The notes under the pieces were generated by a model. That model did no database searches. It saw only the letters and a list, made by a program, of their open reading frames with translations, and was not told the origin of the DNA. From Candidatus Rokuibacteriota bacterium (GTDB lineage: Bacteria; Methylomirabilota; Methylomirabilia; Rokubacteriales; CSP1-6), in the NCBI GenBank assembly GCA_023248995.1, contig JAHFDN010000013.1:194-64193 (forward strand): a DNA stretch of 64,000 nt. The letters run 5' to 3'. Below are positions 10,140-19,991 of the stretch, one piece after another. Every line of letters starts with the position of its first letter. The stretch's first letter is position 1. The translations under genes and the position numbers were made by a program.

Positions 10140-10185
10140 TCCCCGGCGGACCGCGCCGGGACCTCAGAGCCTCCCCTCGGGCCCC

Positions 10186-10194
10186 TGCTATAAT
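10186..10194 (+). promoter_or_regulatory. Extended -10 promoter element TGcTATAAT upstream of grpE
   Basis: TGCTATAAT at 10186-10194. ATG codons at 10197 and 10206. Confidence 0.35.
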
Positions 10195-10196
10195 AC

Positions 10197-10757
10197 ATGT
10201 CTGCCATGACGGACGACACCAAGGCTGCTGAACCCGGGCAACCTGACGACGAGCTGACCGCGCTCCGTCGGGCCCTCGACGAAGCCAGGCGGCTCGTCGA
10301 AGAGAAGACGGCAGAGGCCCGGGACAACCACGACCGCTCCCTCAGGGTCGCCGCGGAGCTGGAAAACTTCAAGAAGCGCACCCAGCGAGAGCGTGAGGAA
10401 TACGTCCGCTTCGCCAACGAGTCGCTCCTCCGGGAGATCCTGCCGGTTCTCGACAACTTTGACCGCGCGCTGGGCGCCGCCCGAGCCGCTCCGGAGGCGC
10501 AGGGCTTCGTGACAGGCGTGGAACTGATCCAGCGGGAACTCCTGAGGGTGCTCGAGAAGTTCGGCGTGTCGCCGTACAGCGCCGTCGGCCAGCCGTTCGA
10601 CCCCGAGCGCCACGAAGCGGTCCAGCGGGTCGTCAGGCCCGGCGCGAAGGAGATGATGGTCGTCGAGGAGACGCAGCGCGGATACTTGCTGAACGGCCGG
10701 GTGCTGCGCCCGGCCGTCGTGGTCGTCGCCGTCCCGCCGGATAGCGAGAACGCCTAG
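10197..10757 (+). CDS. grpE: Nucleotide exchange factor GrpE
   Basis: [18 protein letters not shown]...[12 protein letters not shown] GrpE core. True start may be the second ATG at 10206 (see promoter finding). Confidence 0.9.
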   Translation: MSAMTDDTKAAEPGQPDDELTALRRALDEARRLVEEKTAEARDNHDRSLRVAAELENFKKRTQREREEYVRFANESLLREILPVLDNFDRALGAARAAPEAQGFVTGVELIQRELLRVLEKFGVSPYSAVGQPFDPERHEAVQRVVRPGAKEMMVVEETQRGYLLNGRVLRPAVVVVAVPPDSENA

Positions 10758-11860
10758 TGCCGGGCCGGGACTACTACGCGATCCTGGGCGTCTCCCGGGA
10801 CGCCGACGAGGGCGAGCTCAAGAAGGCCTACCGTCAGCTGGCGCTTCAGTACCACCCGGACCGCAACCCCGGCGACAAGAAGGCCGAGGAGCGGTTCAAA
10901 GAGGCCAACGAGGCGTACGCCGTTCTCTCCGACTCCGACAAGCGCGCCCAGTACGACCGGTTCGGCACCGTTGCCGCGCCCGGCGGGTTCGACGCCTCCG
11001 ATATCGGCTTCGGCACCATCCTGGACGACCTCTTCGAGGGCTTCTTCGGCGGCGCCCCCAGGGGCGGACGGCGCACCCGGGCGCGACGCGGCGAGGACCT
11101 CCAGTACACGCTTGAAATCAGCCTGGAGGAGGCGGCCGGCGGGCTCGAGACCAAGGTGCAGATCCCGCGCCTCGAGGCGTGCGAGACCTGCAGGGGTTCC
11201 GGCCTCGAGCCGGGTACCCAGCCCGAGACCTGTCCCACCTGCCAGGGGCAGGGCCAGGTGCGCTTCTCCCAGGGATTCCTCACGGTGGCCCGGACGTGCC
11301 CGCACTGCGGGGGCCAGGGCGAGGTGGTCAAGCACCCCTGCAAGAAGTGCCGCGGCGAAGGGCGCCAGCGCGGGGAGCACCTGCTCAAGATCAAGATCCC
11401 GCCGGGGGTGGAGGACAGTTCTCAGCTCCGCCTCTCGGGGGAAGGGGAGGCAGGGACCCACGGCGGACCGGCCGGCGACCTCTACGTGGCCATCCGCATC
11501 CGGCCCCACCTGTTCTTCACGCGGCACGGGGACGATCTGCTCTGCGAGCTGCCTCTCACCTTCCCGCAAGCCGCACTCGGCACGGAGGTGGAGGTCCCCA
11601 CTCTCGACGGCCACGCGCCGCTCGAGGTGCCCGCCGGGACAGAGCCGGGGCAGATCCTCCGCCTCAAGGGCAAGGGGATGCCGAGCCTTCGGAAACGGGA
11701 GCGCGGGGATGCGTGCTACCAGATCGTCCTGGAAGTCCCCTCCCGGCTCACCGCCAGGGAGCGCGCGCTTCTCGAGGAATATCAGCGTGCCTCTGGGGGC
11801 AAGGCGGGCCCGCTCCTCACCTCGTTCCTCGACCGCATGAAGAAGCTCTTCGGATCCTAA
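10757..11860 (+). CDS. dnaJ: Chaperone DnaJ
   Basis: J-domain DYYAILGV...HPDRNPGD. Four CxxCxGxG zinc-finger repeats ([32 protein letters not shown]). GTG start overlaps the grpE stop. Confidence 0.93.
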   Translation: MPGRDYYAILGVSRDADEGELKKAYRQLALQYHPDRNPGDKKAEERFKEANEAYAVLSDSDKRAQYDRFGTVAAPGGFDASDIGFGTILDDLFEGFFGGAPRGGRRTRARRGEDLQYTLEISLEEAAGGLETKVQIPRLEACETCRGSGLEPGTQPETCPTCQGQGQVRFSQGFLTVARTCPHCGGQGEVVKHPCKKCRGEGRQRGEHLLKIKIPPGVEDSSQLRLSGEGEAGTHGGPAGDLYVAIRIRPHLFFTRHGDDLLCELPLTFPQAALGTEVEVPTLDGHAPLEVPAGTEPGQILRLKGKGMPSLRKRERGDACYQIVLEVPSRLTARERALLEEYQRASGGKAGPLLTSFLDRMKKLFGS

Positions 11861-12733
11861 GTGCCGTTCTGGGAGCTCACCGTCCCGGCGTCCGCCGAGG
11901 TCTCCGAAGGCCTGACCAACTTTCTCTGGGAACAAGGCGCCCTCGGCGTCGTCGAAGAGGAGCGCCCCGGCGAGTCTGCCCGACTCCGCGCGTTTTTCCC
12001 CGAATCCACCCCCTCGACGCGGCTCGTCGAAGCAGCTCGCCGTTACGTGGACTCCCTCCGCGCTCTCGGCTTCACGGCGGACGGGAGCGACCCGCTCCTG
12101 ACGCCGCGCCTGGAGGAACCCTGGGCCGAGGCGTGGCGCCAGGCCTTCGTCCCCCAGCGGGTGGGCCGGCGCCTCCTGATCGCGCCACCCTGGGAGGTCC
12201 CCGCGCCCGAAGACGGCCGAACAACCGTCATCATCGAGCCGGGGCGCGCGTTCGGCACCGGCACCCACGGAAGCACCCAGGGATGCCTCGTCCTCCTCGA
12301 AGCGCTCCTCGCCCGGGAGGCCGTGGCGGAGGCCCTCGACGTCGGGACCGGCAGCGGGATCCTCGCCATCGCCGCGGCGGCGCTCGGCGTCGGGCGCGTG
12401 ACGGCGCTCGATACGGACCCGGATGCGGTGGCCGCGGCCCGGGCCAATGCCGCCAGGAACGGCGTGGCGGGCCGGATCGAGTGCCTGATCGCCGACCCGC
12501 GCGACTGGGCCGGGCTCGCGGCGCCGCTGATCGTCTCGAACCTCCTCGCCGGCACCCACGTGAGGCTGGCTCCCGACTATCGCCGGCTTCTGGCCCGGGG
12601 TGGCCACCTGATCCTCGGCGGACTCCTGCCCGAGGAGGCGGCCTCCATCCCGGCAGCGCTGGGGCCTCACGGCTTCACCTCCGCCGAGCACGCCGACGTG
12701 GAAGGCTGGGTCTCCCTCCTCCTCCGCGGGTAG
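11861..12733 (+). CDS. prmA: Ribosomal protein L11 methyltransferase
   Basis: FGTGTHGSTQGCL and LDVGTGSGILAIAAAALG SAM-binding motifs. The dnaJ-prmA order is conserved. Confidence 0.88.
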   Translation: MPFWELTVPASAEVSEGLTNFLWEQGALGVVEEERPGESARLRAFFPESTPSTRLVEAARRYVDSLRALGFTADGSDPLLTPRLEEPWAEAWRQAFVPQRVGRRLLIAPPWEVPAPEDGRTTVIIEPGRAFGTGTHGSTQGCLVLLEALLAREAVAEALDVGTGSGILAIAAAALGVGRVTALDTDPDAVAAARANAARNGVAGRIECLIADPRDWAGLAAPLIVSNLLAGTHVRLAPDYRRLLARGGHLILGGLLPEEAASIPAALGPHGFTSAEHADVEGWVSLLLRG

Positions 12734-12736
12734 GCC

Positions 12737-13489
12737 GTGTCGAGATTCCACGTCAGGCCCGAGGCGGTAGAGGCTGACCGCGTCGTGTTCGACGCCGAGG
12801 AGGCGCACCACCTGGCCCGTGTCCTCCGCCTGGCGCCGGGGGATACCGTCCGGGTCGTAGACGGCCGGGGCATGGAGTTCACGGTCCGCCTGGAATCCAT
12901 CGAGGGGCGGAGGGCGACGGGCACGATCCTCGCCCGCGCGGCGACCCGGACCGAATCGCCGCTCGCCATCACGCTCGCCCAGGGGATCCCCAAGGGCGAG
13001 AAGATGGAGTGGATCGTGAGGACGGTGACGGAGCTGGGCGTGGTGCGCCTGGTCCCGCTCCTGACGGAGCGCACCATCGTGAGGCTCGAGCCCGGCCGCT
13101 GGCGGGAGCGTGCGCGGCGGTGGCAGCGGGTGGCCAAGGAGGCCGCCAAGCAGTGCGGGCGGGCCGTGGTCCCGAGCGTGGAGACGCCCCGCTCGATCCA
13201 GGAGCTCGCCGACTCTGGCTGGCCGGTGGACCTTGCGCTCTGCCTCTGGGAGGGCGAGCGCCGCGGTCTCTTGGAGGTCCTGGACGCCGAGAAGGGCACC
13301 GTGACATCCCTCCTCCTGGTTGTGGGTCCCGAGGGGGGCCTCGCGCGGCGCGAGGTCGAGATGCTCGAGAAACGAGGATTCAAGCTCGCCGGACTCGGCC
13401 CCCGGATCCTCAGAACCGAAACGGCGGGGCCCGCCGCCGTCGCCCTCCTCCAGGCGCGCTTCGGGGACCTGGGAGCTCCGCGCCCGTGA
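12737..13489 (+). CDS. rsmE: 16S rRNA (uracil1498-N3)-methyltransferase
   Basis: RsmE/DUF558 architecture: N-terminal PUA-like region HHLARVLRLAPGD, C-terminal SPOUT region LVVGPEGGL...E..LGPRILRTETA. Confidence 0.85.
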   Translation: MSRFHVRPEAVEADRVVFDAEEAHHLARVLRLAPGDTVRVVDGRGMEFTVRLESIEGRRATGTILARAATRTESPLAITLAQGIPKGEKMEWIVRTVTELGVVRLVPLLTERTIVRLEPGRWRERARRWQRVAKEAAKQCGRAVVPSVETPRSIQELADSGWPVDLALCLWEGERRGLLEVLDAEKGTVTSLLLVVGPEGGLARREVEMLEKRGFKLAGLGPRILRTETAGPAAVALLQARFGDLGAPRP

Positions 13490-13911
13490 CCGCCGCGGCG
13501 GGCTACGACTACTTCGACGTGGTCGCCGACGTCGGCGTCGTGGCGTGGGCGCCCACGCTGGCCGAGGCCTTCGCCCAGGCGGGCCTCGGCGTCTTCGCCC
13601 TGATCGTGGACCCGCGGGGCGTCGAGCCGCGCGAGTCGCGGGAGGTGCGCGCTCAGGGGGAGAGTCGCGAGGGGCTCCTCGTGCACTGGCTCAACGAGTG
13701 CCTGTACCTCCACGACATCGAGGGATTCGTGGTGAACCGGATCGAGTTCGCCGTCTTCGAGGAGGGGCGGGTTCACTCCCTCCTCTGGGGGGAAGGGCTT
13801 GAGCCGGGGCGGCACCGGGTGGGCACGCTCGTCAAGGCCGCGACCTTCCACCAGCTCCTGATCACGGAGAGCCCTGGGCGGTGGGAGATCCGAGTCATCC
13901 TGGACATCTGA
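13486..13911 (+). CDS. Archease family protein (divergent)
   Basis: Aligns end to end with the archease fold: YDYFDVVADVGVVAWAPTLAEAFAQAGLGVFALIV ... LYLHDIEGFVV ... KAATFHQLLI ... WEIRVILDI. GTG start gives a GTGA overlap with the rsmE stop. Confidence 0.75.
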   Translation: MTAAAGYDYFDVVADVGVVAWAPTLAEAFAQAGLGVFALIVDPRGVEPRESREVRAQGESREGLLVHWLNECLYLHDIEGFVVNRIEFAVFEEGRVHSLLWGEGLEPGRHRVGTLVKAATFHQLLITESPGRWEIRVILDI

Positions 13912-13946
13912 GCTGTTGCAAAGATGTGACACCCGCCGGGATTTGC

Positions 13947-13996
13947 CGTGTCTTCCAGGTAACGCGGCGACCGCCTGGCCGGTCTGTCAAGACACG
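13947..13996 (+). promoter_or_regulatory. Inverted repeat CGTGTCTT / AAGACACG, candidate enhancer-binding (UAS) site for the sigma54 promoter
   Basis: CGTGTCTT at 13947-13954 and AAGACACG at 13989-13996, 45-95 nt upstream of the -24 element. Confidence 0.3.
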
Positions 13997-14039
13997 AAGC
14001 TAACTGGAAAATCAAGTGCTTAGAAAGGCCGCTGGGCTG

Positions 14040-14054
14040 TGGCACCGAGGTTGC
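14040..14054 (+). promoter_or_regulatory. Sigma54 (RpoN) -24/-12 promoter consensus upstream of lpxC
   Basis: cTGGCACcgaggTTGCt at 14039-14055 fits TGGCAC-N5-TTGCW exactly. Predicted TSS ~14066, ATG 14075. Confidence 0.55.
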
Positions 14055-14074
14055 TACAAAAACGACGGTCTCCT

Positions 14075-14986
14075 ATGGATTTCCAAGGGACGATCCGGAA
14101 GTCGGTGACAGCCGAAGGAGTGGGGCTCCACTCGGGCCGGCCGTCGAGGATCACCCTCTCCCCCGCCCCGGCCGATAGCGGCATCGTCTTTCGCGCGACG
14201 GACCCCCATCGGACGCTGATCCCCGCACGCCAAGAGACGGTGGTGGACTCGAGCTTCGCCACCACGATCGGCGTCAACGGCGCCCGCGTCCGGACCGTCG
14301 AGCACCTCATGGCAGCCGCGGCGGCACTCGGGATCGACAACCTCCTCGTCGAGGTCGAGGGGGAGGAGATCCCCGCCATGGACGGCAGCGCTCGACCGTT
14401 CGTCTCGCTGCTCTACGCGGCCGGCAAGGCGACGCTCGGGGTCCCGCGGCACCCCCTGGTGATCACCGACCCGATCCGCGTGGGCGATGACGCGCGCTGG
14501 CTCCAGATCCTCCCGGCCGATGAATTCAGGGTCAGTTACACCCTGGACGTGAACCATCCGGCGGTCGGCATCCAGGCGCTCTCGTTCACCTGCACGGAGC
14601 GGGTCTTCGTGGATGAGCTGGCCTCGGCCCGGACGTACGGCTTTCTCAAGGACGTCGGGACCCTCAGGAGGAACGGCCTCGCCAAGGGCGGTTCCCTGGA
14701 CAACGCCGTGGTGGTGGGGCGCCGCGCGGTCTTGAACTCAAGCCTCCGCTACCGCGACGAATTCGTCCGTCACAAGATCCTGGACCTGATCGGCGACCTG
14801 GCGCTCCTGGGACGCCCGGTGCTGGGACACATCGTGGCCCGGAACGCCGGCCATGCGCTCAACCATGAGCTCGTCGCCGCCATCTCGGAGTTCTTCTCCG
14901 ACAACGGCCACGCGGGCGTGACCGCGCGGCCCGCCCTGTCGCACCGCGCGACCCCCGTGCCGCTGCCGGGCATCGCCGCGCTGTAA
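14075..14986 (+). CDS. lpxC: UDP-3-O-acyl-N-acetylglucosamine deacetylase
   Basis: GVGLHSGRPSRITLSPA, HLMAAAAALGIDN, EIPAMDGSA and the C-terminal HxxxD region (HALNHELV). Start at ATG 14075 (MDFQGTIRK) matches the LpxC N-terminus. Confidence 0.9.
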   Translation: MDFQGTIRKSVTAEGVGLHSGRPSRITLSPAPADSGIVFRATDPHRTLIPARQETVVDSSFATTIGVNGARVRTVEHLMAAAAALGIDNLLVEVEGEEIPAMDGSARPFVSLLYAAGKATLGVPRHPLVITDPIRVGDDARWLQILPADEFRVSYTLDVNHPAVGIQALSFTCTERVFVDELASARTYGFLKDVGTLRRNGLAKGGSLDNAVVVGRRAVLNSSLRYRDEFVRHKILDLIGDLALLGRPVLGHIVARNAGHALNHELVAAISEFFSDNGHAGVTARPALSHRATPVPLPGIAAL

Positions 14987-15020
14987 CAGAAGACTTCTTC
15001 CACCCCTCCGCTGCCGGCGC

Positions 15021-15026
15021 TATAAT
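15021..15026 (+). promoter_or_regulatory. -10 element TATAAT (GCTATAAT) 14 nt upstream of DUF4390 gene start
   Basis: GCGCTATAATGT at 15017-15028. TTCCAC 17 nt upstream. Confidence 0.3.
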
Positions 15027-15040
15027 GTCCTGTCCAACGT

Positions 15041-15670
15041 ATGCGTGCGCCTGCGCGACGGGTTTCGGCGCCCTCGGGAGCGTGGCTCGGCGGCCGTTTC
15101 GCCCTGCCCCGATGGTCGCTCGCCTGGACCCTGGCCCTCGCGGCTTCGCTCGCCACCGCTCCCGCGGGCGCGGAGCTCCGGTTCAGCGACCGTCCCGAGA
15201 TCTTCCTCAACGACTTCGACCTCACCGTGCAGGTGGTGCTGCTGGGCGCGCTCCCGCCGTCGTTCCAGGAGAGCCTGCAGAGCGGAGTCCCCACCCACAT
15301 CCGCTTCTACGTCGAGCTCTGGCAGCACAGCCGGTTCTGGTTCAACCGGCCCCTCCAGGCCCGGCTCGTGGAGCGCCAGCTGACCTACAACGTGGTCACG
15401 AAGGAGTACAAGGTGGCTTCCGTCGCGGGCGAGGAGCACGAGCCGTACGTCACGAAAGATCTCAGAGAAGCCCAGCGCGTGGCGTCGGAGCTCCGGGGGT
15501 TCAAGCTCGGACCGGTCTCGGGCCTGGATCCCCGCGAGCTCTACTTCGTGCGGGTGCGCGCCGATGTCTCCCTGAACGGGGTGAACTCCTTCCTCGCCCG
15601 CCTGACGGGGGACGCGGAGGAGACGCCGTGGCTCCCATCCACCTTGCTGACCCCGACACGGACTCAATGA
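15041..15670 (+). CDS. DUF4390-like periplasmic protein with signal peptide (NtrY-associated family)
   Basis: N-terminal signal peptide. Family-like core FLNDFDLTVQVVL...IRFYVELWQHSRFWF...YFVRVRADV. Sits directly upstream of ntrY as in many Proteobacteria. Confidence 0.6.
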   Translation: MRAPARRVSAPSGAWLGGRFALPRWSLAWTLALAASLATAPAGAELRFSDRPEIFLNDFDLTVQVVLLGALPPSFQESLQSGVPTHIRFYVELWQHSRFWFNRPLQARLVERQLTYNVVTKEYKVASVAGEEHEPYVTKDLREAQRVASELRGFKLGPVSGLDPRELYFVRVRADVSLNGVNSFLARLTGDAEETPWLPSTLLTPTRTQ

Positions 15671-15686
15671 TGCCTGGAGAGAGGCC

Positions 15687-17876
15687 GTGCCGCTGACGGG
15701 CGACCACCAGCGTCGCAAGCGGAACCTGCTGATCATCGGCGGGCTCCTCGTGCTGCTGACGGCCAGCATGGTGACCGTGTACGAGGTAGGCCTCCGGTCT
15801 CCCCGGATCCCGGTCGCCTCCAACCTCCTGGTCTTCGCCCTCTTCAACCTCACCCTGATCGTCTTCCTCCTGCTGCTGGTGCTCCTCTTCCGGAACTTCG
15901 TCAAGCTCCTCTTCGAGCGGCGGCAGAAGGTGTTGGGCTCGCGGTTCAAAACCAAGCTGGTCGCGGCGTTTCTCTCGCTGTCCCTGATCCCCGCCCTGCT
16001 CATCTCGATCATCGCGTCGAACCTCCTCAACACTTCCATCGAGGGCTGGTTCAAGCCCCAGGTGGAGAGCCCCCTGGACCAGGCCCTGGAGGTCGCGCAG
16101 ACGTACTACCAGACGCTGGAGGCCACGGTCCTCCGTCATGGACGCCAACTCGCCCGGGTGATCGGGCGCGACCAGCTCCTCGCCGACGACCGGCGCGAGG
16201 CGCTGGCGGCCTATCTGGTGGAGCAGCAAGAGGCCCTGGGACTGGCCGCCATCTCGGTCTTCACCCCGAAAGGGCAGGAGCTGGTCCACGTCAAGGATCC
16301 GGTGCTCGCCGCCGTCGCCACACGCGACGTGAATACCGACCAGGTCAGGCGCGGGCTGGGAGGCCAGGAGCTCACGACGGTGCGAGAGCTCGACAACGGC
16401 GACCTGATCCAGGCGGTCGTCCCCATCCGCTCCGACGGGAGCGACGCCCAGATCCTGGGCACGCTGGTCGTCGCCACGCACGTGGCCCAGCGGCTCGAGG
16501 CCCGGATCCGCGGCATCTCCCAGGCGTTTCAGGAATACAAGCAGCTCAAGCTCCTCAAAAACCCGATCAAGGGCATCTACATCCTGCTCTTCCTCTTGAC
16601 GACCCTGATCATCGTCTTCTCGTTCACGTGGTTCGGCCTGTACATGGCCCGGGGCATCACGGTGCCGATCCAGCTCCTAGCCGAGGGAACCCGCGAGGTG
16701 GCGGCGGGAAACCTCACCTACAAGGTGCGGGCCCAGGCGGACGACGAGATCGGCATCCTCGTGGATTCCTTCAACCGGATGACCAGCGATCTCCAGGCCA
16801 AGCACAACGAGGTGGAAGAGCGGCGGCGGTACACCGAGACCGTGCTCCAGGCGGTGGCGACCGGCGTTGTGAGCCTCGATCCTGGCGGTCGCCTCACCAC
16901 GATGAACGCCAGCGCGGCCCGGATGCTGGGACTGCCGGGCGGGTCCGTCGTGGGCCAGTCGTTCCGCCAGCTCTTCCCGGGAGCGCCATTCGGCGAGGTG
17001 AGCGCGCTGATCCAGCGGATGGACCGCCTCCGCGAGGGGACGCTGGAGCGCGAAATCCACCTGCACCGCGATGGTCACGCGGTGACACTCCTGGGCTCGT
17101 CCACGGCGCTCCGCGGGCCGGACGGCGAGTACGCGGGCATGGTGCTCGTCTTCGACGACCTCACCGAGCTCCTGAAAGCCCAGCGCCTGGCGGCGTGGCG
17201 CGAAGTCGCCCAGCGCATCGCCCACGAGATCAAGAACCCGCTGACTCCCATCCAGCTCTCCGCCCAGCGGCTCAGGCGGCGCCTGGCGGACCGGGGCCCG
17301 GATGACCGCCGGCTCCTGGAGGAGTGCACGGGGACCATCATCCAGGAGGTGGACGGCCTGAAGCACCTGGTGGACGAGTTTTCCCGCTTCGCCCGGATGC
17401 CCGCGCTCCAGCCGAAGCCCACGGAGCTCAACCGCCTCCTCGAGGGCGTGGCGGCCCTCTACCGGGAATCGCATCCCGCCCTCGCGCTCAAGACCATCTT
17501 CCAGCCCGATCTGCCCACGCTCGAGGTGGATCCGGATCAGATCAAGCGCGCGGTCCTCAACCTGGTGGACAACGCCGTCGAGGCCGTCGGCGGGGCCGGC
17601 GAAGTCACGGTCGGCACCGCGTTCCTTCCGGAGACGAAGCGGGTCCAGGTCCAGGTCGGCGACAACGGGGTCGGCATTCCGCCGGAGGACAAGGACAAGC
17701 TGTTCCTGCCATACTTCTCCACCAAGAGCTCGGGGACCGGGCTCGGGCTCGCCATCGTCCACCAGATCATCACCGATCACGGGGGCCGGATCTGGGTGGA
17801 GGACAACGCCCCGAAAGGGAGCCGGTTCGTGATCGAGTTGCCGGTGGATCGACCGCCGGCCCGCGCGGAGGCGTAA
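15687..17876 (+). CDS. ntrY: Sensor histidine kinase NtrY-like (TM, HAMP, PAS, HisKA, HATPase_c)
   Basis: Multiple N-terminal TM helices. HAMP region. H-box AHEIKNPLTPIQLSAQRL. N, G1 and G2 boxes (DNGVGIP, GTGLGLAIV). Confidence 0.85.
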   Translation: MPLTGDHQRRKRNLLIIGGLLVLLTASMVTVYEVGLRSPRIPVASNLLVFALFNLTLIVFLLLLVLLFRNFVKLLFERRQKVLGSRFKTKLVAAFLSLSLIPALLISIIASNLLNTSIEGWFKPQVESPLDQALEVAQTYYQTLEATVLRHGRQLARVIGRDQLLADDRREALAAYLVEQQEALGLAAISVFTPKGQELVHVKDPVLAAVATRDVNTDQVRRGLGGQELTTVRELDNGDLIQAVVPIRSDGSDAQILGTLVVATHVAQRLEARIRGISQAFQEYKQLKLLKNPIKGIYILLFLLTTLIIVFSFTWFGLYMARGITVPIQLLAEGTREVAAGNLTYKVRAQADDEIGILVDSFNRMTSDLQAKHNEVEERRRYTETVLQAVATGVVSLDPGGRLTTMNASAARMLGLPGGSVVGQSFRQLFPGAPFGEVSALIQRMDRLREGTLEREIHLHRDGHAVTLLGSSTALRGPDGEYAGMVLVFDDLTELLKAQRLAAWREVAQRIAHEIKNPLTPIQLSAQRLRRRLADRGPDDRRLLEECTGTIIQEVDGLKHLVDEFSRFARMPALQPKPTELNRLLEGVAALYRESHPALALKTIFQPDLPTLEVDPDQIKRAVLNLVDNAVEAVGGAGEVTVGTAFLPETKRVQVQVGDNGVGIPPEDKDKLFLPYFSTKSSGTGLGLAIVHQIITDHGGRIWVEDNAPKGSRFVIELPVDRPPARAEA

Positions 17877-19238
17877 GTGGCCGGTGAGAGCATCCTGATC
17901 GTGGACGACGAGCAGGCGATCCAGACCTCGCTGCGGGGCGTGCTGGAGGACGAGGGATTCCGCGTCAGCACCGTCGGGAGCGGGGGCCAGGCCCTGGCCC
18001 GGATCGGGGAAGAGCCGCCCGACCTCGTCCTGCTCGACATCTGGATGCCGGGCATGGACGGCCTGGAAGCCCTCGGCGAGATCAAGCGGGCCCGTCCCGA
18101 GCAGGCCGTCGTGATGATCTCGGGCCACGGGACCATCGAGACCGCCGTGAAAGCCACCAAGCTGGGCGCCTACGACTTCATCGAGAAGCCCCTGTCGCTG
18201 GAGAAGACGCTCCTGGCCGTGGCGCGCGCCCTCGAGCACTCGCGGCTCGAGCGGGAAAACCGGGCGCTCAGGGAGCAGCTCGAACGCGGGCAGGAGATCG
18301 TCGGCGAGAGCGCGGCGATTCAGGAACTGCGTCGCCAGATCGCCATCGCCGCTCCCACGAGCGGGCGCGTGCTGATCCACGGCGAGAACGGCTCCGGCAA
18401 GGAGCTGGTCGCCCGGGCCATCCACGCCCTGTCGGCGCGCCGGGAGGGTCCCTTCATCGAGGTCAACTGCGCGGCCATCCCGGAGGAGCTGATCGAGTCC
18501 GAGCTCTTCGGCCACGAAAAGGGCGCCTTTACGGGAGCCGTCAGCCGCCGCAAGGGCAAGTTCGAGCTGGCCGACCGCGGCACGCTCTTCCTGGACGAGG
18601 TCGGCGACATGAGCCTCAAAACGCAGGCCAAGGTGCTCCGGGTGCTGGAGGAGCAGGCCTTCGAGCGTGTCGGAGGAACGGAGCCGATCAAGACCGACGT
18701 CCGGGTGATCGCCGCGTCCAACCAGGACCTCGCCGACCTGATCGCCGGCGGACGCTTCCGGGACGACCTCTTCTACCGGCTCAACGTCATCCCCATCGAC
18801 GTGCCCCCGCTCCGGCAGCGGAAGGAGGACATCCCGCTCCTCGTCGAGCACTTCGTCCGCGTCTTCGCGCTGGAGAACGGAAAGCGCGCCAAGACCGTGT
18901 CCGTCGAGGCGCTGGCCTACTTTCTGTCCTACGACTGGCCCGGGAACGTCCGCGAGCTGCGGAACATGGTGGAGCGGCTCGTCATCATGTCCCCACGGGA
19001 CGTGATCGGCCCCGACGACCTCCCGCCCCCCCTCCGGCCGAGGGAGGCCGCGACCCCCACGGATCAGATCAAGGAAAAGAGCCTCAAGGAGGCGCGCGAG
19101 GCTTTCGAGCGGGCCTACATCCTGACCGAACTCCGCGCCCAGGATTGGAACATGACGCGCACCTCCGAGCGGCTCGGGATCGAGCGCACCCACCTCTACA
19201 GAAAGCTCAAGGCCTACGGCATCACGCCGCCCAAATGA
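17877..19238 (+). CDS. ntrX: Sigma54-dependent response regulator (NtrC/NtrX family bEBP)
   Basis: Receiver domain (VDDE...LLDIWMPGMDG). AAA+ sigma54-interaction domain with GENGSGKE Walker A and an intact GAFTGA motif. C-terminal HTH. Confidence 0.88.
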   Translation: MAGESILIVDDEQAIQTSLRGVLEDEGFRVSTVGSGGQALARIGEEPPDLVLLDIWMPGMDGLEALGEIKRARPEQAVVMISGHGTIETAVKATKLGAYDFIEKPLSLEKTLLAVARALEHSRLERENRALREQLERGQEIVGESAAIQELRRQIAIAAPTSGRVLIHGENGSGKELVARAIHALSARREGPFIEVNCAAIPEELIESELFGHEKGAFTGAVSRRKGKFELADRGTLFLDEVGDMSLKTQAKVLRVLEEQAFERVGGTEPIKTDVRVIAASNQDLADLIAGGRFRDDLFYRLNVIPIDVPPLRQRKEDIPLLVEHFVRVFALENGKRAKTVSVEALAYFLSYDWPGNVRELRNMVERLVIMSPRDVIGPDDLPPPLRPREAATPTDQIKEKSLKEAREAFERAYILTELRAQDWNMTRTSERLGIERTHLYRKLKAYGITPPK

Positions 19239-19342
19239 GCGGCCCCCCCATCTCTTCTCCTCCCTTCACGCAAAGCGCGGGGGAATTCTCCTTGACGCTC
19301 TCCCCCCGCAAGAGGTATCCTGGAGGACGGTTGCTCCTTTAA

Positions 19343-19987
<645 letters not shown>

Positions 19988-19991
19988 GGCG

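Noticed and set aside
9040-10200. CIRCE operator near hrcA/grpE
   Set aside because: No TTAGCACTC-N9-GAGTGCTAA-like inverted repeat was found by eye in either upstream region.
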